Sequence record: DRR378314_995
Direction: 5' to 3' (one strand)
DNA: 64,000 bases
Each line of letters opens with the position of its first letter. The stretch's first letter is position 1. A program made the position numbers and the translations under genes. The notes beneath the pieces were generated by a model. That model did not search any database, was not told the DNA's origin, and worked only from the letters and a program-made list of their open reading frames with translations. Below are positions 39,604 to 48,949 of the stretch, piece after piece.

Positions 39604-40782
39604 ATGAAGAAAACTCTTATGTGCGCGACAGCCGCGGCCGCATTTGCGTCTGCTGGCTTTGTTGCCCACGCTGAGGACGGGTGGTACGCCCGCGCCGACG
39701 CGACTTACGGTTTCGATGGTAAGCTTGACCACGATCCTGCTGAACAGGACGTGATCGGCACCATGGGTGGCGAATCCGATCCTGATGACATGATCGGTTT
39801 CGATCTGGGTCTGGGTTATGGCTTTGACAACGGCTTCCGCCTCGAAGGCGTGGGCGGTTACGGCGATGCCGAGCTCAGCGTTCCGGCTGCATCTTACAAT
39901 GGTGCGCCAGCTGGTGCTTTCCCAGCTGCCGCAGGCAACCTGCAGACCATGGAACTGATGTTCAATGGTATTTACGATTTCAACCGTGAGGGTGCGCTCC
40001 AGCCATACGTTGGTTTGGGTGTTGGTGTCCTTCGCGCAAACGCTAAAGCGAACAACCTCGTTTTCACAAACGGTACGGATGTTTCCGCTGCGAACGGTTT
40101 TGGTGATAGCGACACCGGCTTTGCTTACCAGGGCCTGTTGGGTCTCGGTTATAAAGTTTCCGAAAAGCTGACGCTTGACCTTGGCTACCGCTATAAAGTT
40201 GCCGAAGACCTCGAATTCGGTGGCTACAACGGTGGCACGAACTATGACGCTGACTACACAGCTCATCTGGCGACAGTCGGTCTGCGGCTGAACTTCGGTG
40301 CGACGCCTCCGCCTCCACCACCGCCTCCGCCGCCACCGCCGCCGCCTCCGCCACCACCGCCTCCTCCGCCACCACCACCTCCGCCGCCGCCTCCAACGAC
40401 GACGACGGATGCTCCTGAAGTTGTGTGCTCGAGCCTCAACCAGGAATTCGTGGTGTACTTCGAGTGGGATCGCGCGGACCTCACCAGCCAGGCTGCTGCT
40501 GTGATTGATCAGGCTGTTGCCAACATCAACGGCGAAGCAGGTTGTGCTCCGAACACGGTATCTATTGCTGGTCACACCGATACTTCCGGTGCGAGTGCCT
40601 ACAACCAGCGTCTGTCTCAGCGTCGTGCAAACGTCGTTGCCAGCGCTCTTGCATCCCGTGGCATTGATTCCTCAATCATCACCGAGGAAGCAAAAGGTGA
40701 AACGGATCTGGCCAAAGCGACACGCGACGGTGTTCGTGAGCCTCTGAACCGCCGTTCGGAAGTTGTGATCACTGTTCAGTAA
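39604..40782 (+). CDS. OmpA family outer membrane protein (beta-barrel, poly-Pro linker, OmpA-C peptidoglycan-binding domain)
   Basis: Signal peptide (AHA), barrel motifs (PYVGLGVG, AYQ, LDLGYRY), VYFEWD, GHTDTSG...YNQRLSQRRA, NRRSE. Confidence 0.92.
   Translation: MKKTLMCATAAAAFASAGFVAHAEDGWYARADATYGFDGKLDHDPAEQDVIGTMGGESDPDDMIGFDLGLGYGFDNGFRLEGVGGYGDAELSVPAASYNGAPAGAFPAAAGNLQTMELMFNGIYDFNREGALQPYVGLGVGVLRANAKANNLVFTNGTDVSAANGFGDSDTGFAYQGLLGLGYKVSEKLTLDLGYRYKVAEDLEFGGYNGGTNYDADYTAHLATVGLRLNFGATPPPPPPPPPPPPPPPPPPPPPPPPPPPPPPTTTTDAPEVVCSSLNQEFVVYFEWDRADLTSQAAAVIDQAVANINGEAGCAPNTVSIAGHTDTSGASAYNQRLSQRRANVVASALASRGIDSSIITEEAKGETDLAKATRDGVREPLNRRSEVVITVQ
40306..40395 (+). repeat. (CCN)30 low-complexity tract encoding 30 consecutive prolines
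   Basis: Mixed CCG/CCT/CCA codons in frame with ompA. Confidence 0.95.
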
Positions 40783-40803
40783 TTGCTGACCATATGCTTG
40801 AAG

Positions 40804-40838
40804 ACGGCCCGGCAATATCTGCCGGGCCGTTTTTGTTT
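40804..40838 (+). terminator. Rho-independent terminator of ompA
   Basis: ACGGCCCGGCA-atatc-TGCCGGGCCGT followed by TTTTGTTT, about 20 nt after the stop. Confidence 0.88.
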
Positions 40839-40893
40839 GCGAGCGTGTTCAGAGCTCTTGCCCACTCTAGTTTCCTGTGAAACCAAGGGAGCT

Positions 40894-42153
40894 ATGGATA
40901 CAATGAACACTCTTAGCCGAGACGATGAGGCGGCGCATGAGCGTCTCGCCAGCGTCAGTCAGGACATGATCGATCGCACTTGCGAGTGGTCGGATATCAA
41001 TACAGGCAGCTGGAACACTGAAGGACTGAAGCAGTTTGCCCCGGTTCTTGCAGATGCATTTTCTGAGCTGCAAGCTGACGTCGAATTGATCCAGACGAAT
41101 GGCTTCGAGGCTGTTACAGATTCCGGCAAAACCGAGATTCAACAGACGGGGCCGGTGATTCTGGTCACTGGACGACCTCAGGCAGCGGTTCAGATCATCC
41201 TCTCGGGTCACTATGATACCGTCTTCCCGAAGGGAACTTTTGAGGGTGTGACGGATATCGGCGACGGACGCCTCAACGGTCCCGGGCTTGCTGACATGAA
41301 GGGTGGCCTTTGTGTCATGCTCGAGGCGCTGAAGACTTTTGAAGCCGGACCACTTCGGGATCGTCTAGGTTATCAGATTGTCCTTACGCCAGACGAAGAG
41401 ATAGGGAACTTTGCCAGCGCAGAATATCTGACTCGTGCAGCCCAGTCCGGCGCGATGATCGGAATGACATACGAGCCGGCCATGGAGACAGGTGCAATGT
41501 CAGGTGGCCGGAAAGGCTCCGCTGTATTCGACATCGTGCTGCACGGGAAAGCTGCTCACGCCGGGCGAGCCAAGGATGAGGGGCGGAGCGCGATCGAAGC
41601 TGCCGCCGAGCTTGTTCTAGGCCTTGAGGCGTTAAACGGTAAGCGGGATGGCGTCACCGTAAATGTTGGCTCAATAGACGGCGGGTCAGCAGTAAACATA
41701 GTACCCGATCTGGCAATTGTGAGGTTTGGCGCGCGCGCACCCGACGCTGAAAGCGCTGCTTGGGCCACGGAAGAGATCCGCAAGCTTTACGACCGGGCGG
41801 CTTCTCGCGACGGCATCCACGGCCATATGCATGGCGGGTTTTACCGTCCACCCAAGCCACGAAACGCTGCACAGCAGGCATTGTTTGATGCGGTGCACGC
41901 AACCGGGCAGGCGATTGGTTTGGATCTGGAATTTGTGGACACGGGCGGCGTATGTGAAGGAAACAATATCTTCGCCGCAGGTGTTCCGAATGTCGACACA
42001 CTCGGAGTACGCGGTGGACGGATTCATTCCAATGAAGAATTCGTCATTACAGAGAGCTTTTCGGAGCGTGCCACCCTGTCAGCGTTGCTCCTAAATAGAT
42101 TGGCGGATGGCCGAATGGACGCCCGCCATATCAAGTCTTTGATGGGGCAATAG
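40894..42153 (+). CDS. M20 family metallo-hydrolase (carboxypeptidase G2/ArgE-like) heading the ast operon
   Basis: GHYDTVF, GPG.ADMKGG, DEEIG, G.AAHAG, NVG.I.GG...NIVPD, GG.IHS.EE; start 40894 or 40903. Confidence 0.85.
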   Translation: MDTMNTLSRDDEAAHERLASVSQDMIDRTCEWSDINTGSWNTEGLKQFAPVLADAFSELQADVELIQTNGFEAVTDSGKTEIQQTGPVILVTGRPQAAVQIILSGHYDTVFPKGTFEGVTDIGDGRLNGPGLADMKGGLCVMLEALKTFEAGPLRDRLGYQIVLTPDEEIGNFASAEYLTRAAQSGAMIGMTYEPAMETGAMSGGRKGSAVFDIVLHGKAAHAGRAKDEGRSAIEAAAELVLGLEALNGKRDGVTVNVGSIDGGSAVNIVPDLAIVRFGARAPDAESAAWATEEIRKLYDRAASRDGIHGHMHGGFYRPPKPRNAAQQALFDAVHATGQAIGLDLEFVDTGGVCEGNNIFAAGVPNVDTLGVRGGRIHSNEEFVITESFSERATLSALLLNRLADGRMDARHIKSLMGQ

Positions 42154-42156
42154 AAT

Positions 42157-43194
42157 ATGTCCGGCCCTTACATCATGCGACCGTCTCGACTGGATGATTT
42201 TCCCGCGTTGATGGAGCTCGCTGAATTATCTGGCGCCGGATTCACTAGCTTGCCGGTTGATGAAGAAATATTGAGAGAGCGCCTGGAGAAATCGGACAAG
42301 GCGTTTCGCGGTCAACTTGAACGGATCGAGTATGGCAAATACCTGCTTATGATGGAGGACACGTCGACGGGGGAAGTCGTTGGCTGTTCTGCGGTCAAAG
42401 CGGGTACGGGGATAGATCACCCATTCTTCAATTATCGTATTATTACATTATCTCAGGCGAGCCACGCTGCTGGCAACATGCGGTTCGACATGGACGCGTT
42501 GGTTCTTACCAACGAGTACGTTGGGTACACAGAAGTTGGAACGCTTTTTCTTAAAGCCAACCATCGCGGAGGGGGAGCGGGACGTCTTGCCGCCCAATCA
42601 CGCTATCTTCTTATGGCGACTGATCCGGACCGGTTTGGCGAAAAGGTTTTGGCTGAACTTCGCGGAGTGATTGATCAGAAGGGTGTGTCACCATTTTGGG
42701 AGTGCCTTGGTCGCCACTTTTTCCGGATGGACTTCGACGAGGCGGACAAGCTGTCGGCAACAACCGACAATCAGTTTATCTGCGACTTGATGCCGAAGTA
42801 TCCGATCTACGTTGATCTTTTGCCACCTGAAGCTCGAGAAGTGATCGGACGATGCCATTCTGATGGTGTAGGTGCGTACAAGCTCCTGCAATGGGAAGGG
42901 TTCGAGTTCGACAGAACGGTCGACATTTTTGATGGCGGACCACTTGTCGCCGTGCAGAGACGCCACCTTCGCACCATCCGCGAGAGCAAACGCGTAATAC
43001 TCCAACTCGTTGATGACGCGTCAAACACCGAGTTTTCGCAAGGACTGATTTCAACCGACGTATTGTCAGATTTCCGGGTGAGCCAGGCGCAAATTCTGTT
43101 GAGAGATCAAGATACTGCGATGACAAGCCAAGACGTGTTTGATCGCCTGCAATTGAAGCCAGGAGCTACCGTCCGCGTATGGGTAAGGAGCTAA
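42157..43194 (+). CDS. astA: Arginine N-succinyltransferase
   Basis: G.GFTSLP, TEVGTLFL, SRYL, AELRG.ID..G.SPFW..LG.HFF.MDF..AD, LMPKYPIY, VDIFDGGP. Confidence 0.93.
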   Translation: MSGPYIMRPSRLDDFPALMELAELSGAGFTSLPVDEEILRERLEKSDKAFRGQLERIEYGKYLLMMEDTSTGEVVGCSAVKAGTGIDHPFFNYRIITLSQASHAAGNMRFDMDALVLTNEYVGYTEVGTLFLKANHRGGGAGRLAAQSRYLLMATDPDRFGEKVLAELRGVIDQKGVSPFWECLGRHFFRMDFDEADKLSATTDNQFICDLMPKYPIYVDLLPPEAREVIGRCHSDGVGAYKLLQWEGFEFDRTVDIFDGGPLVAVQRRHLRTIRESKRVILQLVDDASNTEFSQGLISTDVLSDFRVSQAQILLRDQDTAMTSQDVFDRLQLKPGATVRVWVRS

Positions 43195-44651
43195 TGATGA
43201 GAGATTCTGTTCTTGTTGACGGACAATGGCGCACCGGCAATGGTGCGCCCTTTCAAAACTATTGCCCAGCGACGGGGGATGTCGTTTGGGACAGTGCGTC
43301 TGCTGACAAACAAGACGTAGAGGATGCCGTCGGAAGTGCTCAGAGAGCCTTTGCCGGCTGGTCTCGAGTGCCGCAGAATGAGCGCACCAGTATACTGCAG
43401 GCCTACGCCAGCGAACTCGAGACGCGCTCTGACCAGATAGCAGAAGCAATCAGCCGGGATATGGGCAAGGCGCTTTGGGAATCGCGCGCCGAGGCTGCTA
43501 CAATGGTCGGCAAAGTTGCGGTATCCATAAAGGCTCAGAACGAACGGGCTGGAACCAAAGATCTGGATGCAGCTTTCGGGTCCATGCATCTAACACATAG
43601 ACCTCACGGAGTGATGGCGGTCTACGGTCCATTCAATTTTCCGGGTCATCTTCCGAATGGTCACATTGTTCCTGCGCTGCTGGCAGGAAATGTGTGTGTG
43701 TTCAAACCTTCCGAACTGGCTCCCGGCGTAGCCTCTATTATGGCAGATGCCTTCGACGCAGCAGGCTTGCCGCCCGGAGTGATGAACATTGTTCATGGGG
43801 GCAGAGATACGGGTGCGGCTCTTCTTCAGTCCAACATAAACGGAGTGTTATTTACCGGTTCTGCCAATACCGGCGTGTTCTTCCACAAGCATTTTGCTGG
43901 GCGCCCGGAAGTGATACTTGCGCTGGAAATGGGGGGGAATAATCCCTTGATCATCTGGGAGCCAGCAGATGTGGAGGCGGCTGCTGATATAGCCGCGCAG
44001 TCTGCTTTTCTCACGACAGGACAGCGCTGTTCATGCGCGCGCAGGGTAATCTTGCCGGAGGGCAGCTTTGGGGATGCTGTCATTGAGGCTATTGTCGCAA
44101 GAGCCAAAGCGCTGAGAATTGGTGCGTGGAATGAAGAAAATATCTTCATGGGGCCGCTTGTTTCGGAGCAAGCGGCAAGCAACGCGATCGAGTTTCAAAC
44201 CATGATTTCAAAACTAGGCGGTAAAAGTTTGCGCCGTCTCAAACGAATGGACCGCGGAGGTGGCTTTGTCACCGCAGGGGTCATGGACGTGACAAATGCA
44301 TCCGATATACCGGATGAAGAGTTGTTTGGCCCACTGATGCAAATCATCCGCGTTCCTGACTTCAACACCGCCATTCAGAGAGCCAATGCGACACGCTATG
44401 GATTGTCGGGGGGGGTGGTGAGTGACGATGACGCGCTTTGGGACAAGGCGCACAATGAAATGCGCGCAGGCATATTGAATCGAAATCGCCCCACCGCTGG
44501 TGCCAGTGGCGCCATGCCATTCGGCGGGCCCGGCTTGTCTGGAAACTTTCGGCCTGGAGCATACTATGCTGCCGATTACAGCGCATGGCCGCAGGCCAGC
44601 CAGGTAGCTCCGAAAGCAGAGCGAATGACAGCTCAGGGTTTTCCAAAGTAG
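43194..44651 (+). CDS. astD: Succinylglutamate-semialdehyde dehydrogenase
   Basis: RPHGVMAV.GPFNFPGHLPNGHIVPALLAGN, LALEMGGNNP, SAF.T.GQRCSC, SGN.RP.AYYAADY. Confidence 0.94.
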   Translation: MMRDSVLVDGQWRTGNGAPFQNYCPATGDVVWDSASADKQDVEDAVGSAQRAFAGWSRVPQNERTSILQAYASELETRSDQIAEAISRDMGKALWESRAEAATMVGKVAVSIKAQNERAGTKDLDAAFGSMHLTHRPHGVMAVYGPFNFPGHLPNGHIVPALLAGNVCVFKPSELAPGVASIMADAFDAAGLPPGVMNIVHGGRDTGAALLQSNINGVLFTGSANTGVFFHKHFAGRPEVILALEMGGNNPLIIWEPADVEAAADIAAQSAFLTTGQRCSCARRVILPEGSFGDAVIEAIVARAKALRIGAWNEENIFMGPLVSEQAASNAIEFQTMISKLGGKSLRRLKRMDRGGGFVTAGVMDVTNASDIPDEELFGPLMQIIRVPDFNTAIQRANATRYGLSGGVVSDDDALWDKAHNEMRAGILNRNRPTAGASGAMPFGGPGLSGNFRPGAYYAADYSAWPQASQVAPKAERMTAQGFPK

Positions 44652-44668
44652 AACTCAAACTTGGAGTG

Positions 44669-45991
44669 ATGATTGTGGCGCATGAGGTGAACTTTGACGG
44701 CCTGATTGGTCCCTCCCATAACTATGGGGGGCTGTCCGATGGGAATTTGGCCAGCGCCGCCAATGCGGGGGATATTGCGAACCCAAGGGAAGCAGCACTG
44801 CAGGGACTTGAGAAGATGAGAATGCTGGTCAACAGCGGGCTCATTCAAGGCGTCTTGCCTCCGTTACCAAGACCAAATTTCGACTTGCTTGTTTCCGCGG
44901 GGTTTTCAGGTTCTGATTCGAACATCATCGAGCGTGCGGCGAAGACTGCTCCACGCCTTCTGAAGGCAGCTTACTCGGCCTCCAGTATGTGGACCGCGAA
45001 TGCTGCCACAGTCTCACCATCGCCTGATACGACTGACGGTCGACTTCACTTCACCACTGCAAATTTGTCGACGATGTTACATCGTTCACAGGAGCATCCC
45101 GACACGACAGCGACCCTCATTTCCATATTTTCTGATGATGCATATTTTTCCGTGCACGGCGCATTGCCCATGCATGCAGACTTTTCAGATGAAGGCGCAG
45201 CAAATCATGTTCGGCTTTGTGCAGATCATGGCGGCGCTGGTGTTGAGCTGTTTGTCTATGGAAGAGAGGCCGGAGAGAGCACTGTGGGCTACCCCGCAAG
45301 GCAGACGAGGCTCGCGAGCGAAAGTGTCGCCCGTGCACATACCCTTGATCTCGATCGAACGGTGTTCGCGCGTCAGTCGCGTGCAGCAATTGATGCAGGC
45401 GCTTTTCATAATGATGTCGTCTGTGTTGGCGCGCTAGACACACTGTTCTTTCATGAACTCGCTTTTGAAGACACCAACCGAACACTCGAGCAAGTGCGCA
45501 AAGCGTCCAATGGACTGTTTGAACTCAAACCAGTCATGGTTCCTTCAGCAGACGTTCCCATAGAGGACGCCATACGCGCCTATCTGTTTAACTCTCAGCT
45601 TCTGCAGCTGCCCGGGGAGGATAGGCTTGTTCTGATCGCGCCGACGGAGACCGAGGAAAATGATTCTACTCGCCGGTACTGCGAATCCCTTATCCAAGGA
45701 AATGGCCCCATCGGAAAGGTGATGTTCGCGGACGTCAGGCAATCCATGCGTAATGGGGGAGGGCCAGCGTGCCTGAGGTTGCGCGTCGTTATGACGGAAG
45801 ACGAAATTGATGCGTGTCATCAAGGGGTTCTTCTCGACAACGACACCATTGATGCATTGCAAGCAGTTGTGCGGAAAACCTATCGAGACAGTTTAGCGCC
45901 AGGCGATTTGGCGGATCCAAAGTTTGCCGACGAATGCCGTGTGGCAAGAGAGGCATTGCTCGAAGTGTTGGACTTGGAGGCCTTGGCCTGA
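44669..45991 (+). CDS. astB: N-succinylarginine dihydrolase
   Basis: EVNFDGL.GPSHNYGGLS.GN.AS, SASSMW.ANAATVSPS.D, DEGAANH, FHNDV, QSM.NGGGPACLRLRV; start may be GTG 44675. Confidence 0.95.
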   Translation: MIVAHEVNFDGLIGPSHNYGGLSDGNLASAANAGDIANPREAALQGLEKMRMLVNSGLIQGVLPPLPRPNFDLLVSAGFSGSDSNIIERAAKTAPRLLKAAYSASSMWTANAATVSPSPDTTDGRLHFTTANLSTMLHRSQEHPDTTATLISIFSDDAYFSVHGALPMHADFSDEGAANHVRLCADHGGAGVELFVYGREAGESTVGYPARQTRLASESVARAHTLDLDRTVFARQSRAAIDAGAFHNDVVCVGALDTLFFHELAFEDTNRTLEQVRKASNGLFELKPVMVPSADVPIEDAIRAYLFNSQLLQLPGEDRLVLIAPTETEENDSTRRYCESLIQGNGPIGKVMFADVRQSMRNGGGPACLRLRVVMTEDEIDACHQGVLLDNDTIDALQAVVRKTYRDSLAPGDLADPKFADECRVAREALLEVLDLEALA

Positions 45992-46629
45992 TGATCCGTC
46001 TATATGATTACTGGCGTTCCTCGGCCTCTTATCGCGTCCGAATTGCGCTTCACTTGAAAGGTATCGATTTTGAATCGGTGCAAGTTGATATTGCACCGGG
46101 TTCTGATGAACAAATGGGTGAGGTGTACCGCACCAAGAATCCTCAGATGCGCGTTCCGTCGATAGAAATAGACGGTCGCGTTTTCGGGCAATCAATGGCT
46201 ATAATTGAATGGATCGAAGAAACCTTCTCTGGCCCGTCTTTATTGCCGTCAGATGCGACTGACAGGCTTGAGGCCAGAGCATTCGCCGATACCATCGCAT
46301 GCGATATACATCCGTTGAATAACCTTTCCGTATTGAAAGAGCTCCGTACTCGATTTGGTGCCGATGGGGATGCGATTAAGGCCTGGTATCATGAATGGAT
46401 TGAAAGAGCCTTTGATACGTTGGAAAAGCATGCCGCGCAGGAGACTTCCGGCGCCTTTTTGTTCGGGGATAGTCCCACTATAGCGGAAATCGCTCTCGTG
46501 CCACAAATTTACAATGCGCGAAGGTATGACATGGATTTGACGGCTTACCCCGCACTGCTGGCAGTCGAAAAGCAGTGTCTGGAATTGGAAGCTTTTCAGA
46601 AGGCCAGGCCAAGCAAACCTTCGGCCTAG
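45991..46629 (+). CDS. maiA: Maleylacetoacetate isomerase (zeta-class GST)
   Basis: YWRSSASYRVRIAL.LKG, QSMAIIE, IACDIHPLNNL, LVPQIYNARR. Confidence 0.88.
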   Translation: MIRLYDYWRSSASYRVRIALHLKGIDFESVQVDIAPGSDEQMGEVYRTKNPQMRVPSIEIDGRVFGQSMAIIEWIEETFSGPSLLPSDATDRLEARAFADTIACDIHPLNNLSVLKELRTRFGADGDAIKAWYHEWIERAFDTLEKHAAQETSGAFLFGDSPTIAEIALVPQIYNARRYDMDLTAYPALLAVEKQCLELEAFQKARPSKPSA

Positions 46630-47456
46630 TTTTCGTCCGCAGCGCTATTCTCATCAGTTTCGCCCGGGCGCCGGATATCTACGATTTCGACTTCCTCAAA
46701 GTCTCCAAGAGGTTCGGCCATCTTTCCTACATTGGCCTCCAGCCATTCAGGAAAGCTGGCAACGATCTCACCACCCGGCACACCTTCGCTTGTGAGAACC
46801 CATAATCCTTTTTCCCGGTGCGCTGGCACAACGATCTGGCAGCTTGTCACGTCGTTTAGCCGCTCATTGCAGTAGGGGGTTGGGTCGGAGTTCCCTGCTT
46901 CTGAAGCTGATGTACTCAGCGATGGAATTCCATCCTTTGTGTCGGAAATCGACAAAAAGCCTCCAAATCTTCCTCGCAGAGAACTGTCCTGCTCAAGACG
47001 GGCGAGAATGGCGTCTGGCACCGGTCGATCATGTGCAATGATCAAGGCTCTTCCGCGATTGTCTCGGCGCAAATAGGTTTCGAAAGCGCGCGTCACATCG
47101 TCGTGAACTGCCGCGTCGCGATAGAGGGGAGCATAAACTTCGCCGATCTTTTCAAAAGATGTTTTCAAAGATTGTGCTTGGCGCCGACCTCGCTGCTCCT
47201 TCTTTTGAAGCGCGACTTGCGTTGTACCACTCAACGCGGAGTCTTCACTGATCAGGAAAACATCCACGCCCCAGCCGCCTGACCACACAGCCTCTGGCTC
47301 CTGAACGGGTAGGGCAGACCAACTTGAATCCTCGGTATATTTCATCGGATCGAGTTCAAGTTGAGGGCGAGGCGAAATGAATGTGTTCCATACCCACGGC
47401 CCCGCACCAATCGCGAGCACTGCCGCAAGAGCGATCAATACAGTGAGACGTTTCAT
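46626..47456 (-). CDS. Membrane-anchored protein resembling a degenerate DUF3089 hydrolase
   Basis: N-terminal TM; W.ALP, VDVF, VYAPLYR.A, DV..AF..YL..DN.GR..I; no GHSQG nucleophile motif. Confidence 0.5.
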   Translation of the reverse strand: MKRLTVLIALAAVLAIGAGPWVWNTFISPRPQLELDPMKYTEDSSWSALPVQEPEAVWSGGWGVDVFLISEDSALSGTTQVALQKKEQRGRRQAQSLKTSFEKIGEVYAPLYRDAAVHDDVTRAFETYLRRDNRGRALIIAHDRPVPDAILARLEQDSSLRGRFGGFLSISDTKDGIPSLSTSASEAGNSDPTPYCNERLNDVTSCQIVVPAHREKGLWVLTSEGVPGGEIVASFPEWLEANVGKMAEPLGDFEEVEIVDIRRPGETDENSAADEN

Positions 47457-47496
47457 CTATGGTTCCTGGCAGGATTTGGAGCGGCATCGCCGCAAG

Positions 47497-47865
47497 TCAG
47501 TCGGACGGCAAACCAGAATAGTTTGGTTGGTCTATAGACAACTGCGCAATTGTGGTCGTTTTGAGGTGCTCGAGCAATCCGGGTGTATCGAGTCCCAATT
47601 CGCCTTGCCTCAACAGCTCGCACAACTTCAAATTCAATTCTGATATCGTCATGTTTTGGTCGGCGTTCAAAAGCGATGACAGTCTTTCGCGCTCATCGTT
47701 TTCTGCCAGCGGCCGTATTTCAAGTTCCCGCAATACGGTTGCCAGAACATTTGAAGCAACTCGCGCATGAAAACCTGCGTGGCCTTTGAGGTTGGGCATG
47801 GCTGTGTCGTCGATAAAGGCCTTCACGGCAGCGATCATTTCCTTCTGGGATGGCGCGTCATGCAT
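47497..47865 (-). CDS. DUF6285-like small helical protein (LvaB-like)
   Basis: M.D.P....I.AV..F, FHARVA.N.L..V.REL, QL.IDQP.YS; directly after an APH-family kinase. Confidence 0.65.
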   Translation of the reverse strand: MHDAPSQKEMIAAVKAFIDDTAMPNLKGHAGFHARVASNVLATVLRELEIRPLAENDERERLSSLLNADQNMTISELNLKLCELLRQGELGLDTPGLLEHLKTTTIAQLSIDQPNYSGLPSD

Positions 47866-47869
47866 AAGT

Positions 47870-48868
47870 TCAGGCTCTCGTTTCCAGCAAATTCAGGAGG
47901 TCGATTTCAGTTTCCGATACTCGCCGTCCAATAGCGGCGCGTTCCACGCTTGGATCGGAACCTGACCGGAATGCTTCGTACATGATCATGCACATGATGC
48001 CCCATTTGAAGCTGCCCAGAATTTCCCACCAATCGATCTGATCTGCTGGGAAATTCTGCCCCCCCGATGCCTCATAGGCATCTAGCAACTCGTTCAGATG
48101 ACCAAAACCTCCCACGCGATTCTGCGACTGCCCAAACCTCCAGGAATTCACACATAGCCAAGCAATATCCTCTCTAGGGTCGCCGAGATGTGCGAGTTCC
48201 CAATCGAGTACTGCAGCCAAGCCATGTTCGTTCACGATAAGATTGCCAAGTCTGAAATCACCATGAACCAGAACTGGATCAACAGGTTGAGGTTGGTTCT
48301 TCTTTAGCCAAGCCATTGTCAGCTCGAAAACTGGACGAGGGATGTCAAAGCCGCGATAGATGGTTTCGTACTTGGCCAACTGATCCAGACCCCCACTTTT
48401 CGGAAGTGTTGGTAGCTGCTCGATTGGAATTGCATGAATACCAGAGAGTGCTTTCCCACACTGGGCGGTTAAACACTGCCGAGCATTCTCATAGACGTCG
48501 TCTCGTAGAATTTTTCTGGCGATGGTTTGGCCAGCAATTCTATTCATCAGAAATGCTTCTCCGATCTCGCTGCTCGGATCGAATACCTTAAGCACTTTAG
48601 GGGTGGGCACCGTATGTTCAGCACATCCCAGAAGCTTTGCTTCAGTGCCGAGATCTATCGCTTCGGAATTACGCGCGACGCTCACTCCGCCCGGAACGCG
48701 CCTGAGAATCAGTTCGTCCACAATGCCGGAATGCTCGACGTCGAGGCTCCACGTCTCTTGACTGGCACCTCCTGACAGGCGAACCAGCCGCTCAACAGTC
48801 GCGCCACTGCCGTAAAATTGCCCGGCCCAGTCCTGTAGGCCCTTTAGAATGTCATCTTGTCTACCCAT
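47870..48868 (-). CDS. APH-family phosphotransferase (LvaA / ACAD10-11 kinase-like)
   Basis: LSGGASQETW, LILRR, LVHGDFRLGNL, VLDWELAHLGDP.ED..W, IGRR.SETE.DLL. Confidence 0.85.
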   Translation of the reverse strand: MGRQDDILKGLQDWAGQFYGSGATVERLVRLSGGASQETWSLDVEHSGIVDELILRRVPGGVSVARNSEAIDLGTEAKLLGCAEHTVPTPKVLKVFDPSSEIGEAFLMNRIAGQTIARKILRDDVYENARQCLTAQCGKALSGIHAIPIEQLPTLPKSGGLDQLAKYETIYRGFDIPRPVFELTMAWLKKNQPQPVDPVLVHGDFRLGNLIVNEHGLAAVLDWELAHLGDPREDIAWLCVNSWRFGQSQNRVGGFGHLNELLDAYEASGGQNFPADQIDWWEILGSFKWGIMCMIMYEAFRSGSDPSVERAAIGRRVSETEIDLLNLLETRA

Positions 48869-48949
48869 CTTGTCACAATCGCGCGGAACCCCCATCACGC
48901 CAAGGCGTAACGCCAAGTCACCTTGTGGTGTCACACCAGGATTAATTTG

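Noticed and set aside
40306..40395. CCN tract as a CRISPR, VNTR or phase-variation repeat
   Set aside because: In frame, mixed synonymous codons, no spacers; explained as a polyproline linker.
39508..40575. 355-aa Arg-rich antisense ORF and Gly-rich or Ala/Glu-rich ORFs opposite ompA
   Set aside because: Shadows of ompA codon bias and the CCN tract; no independent motifs.
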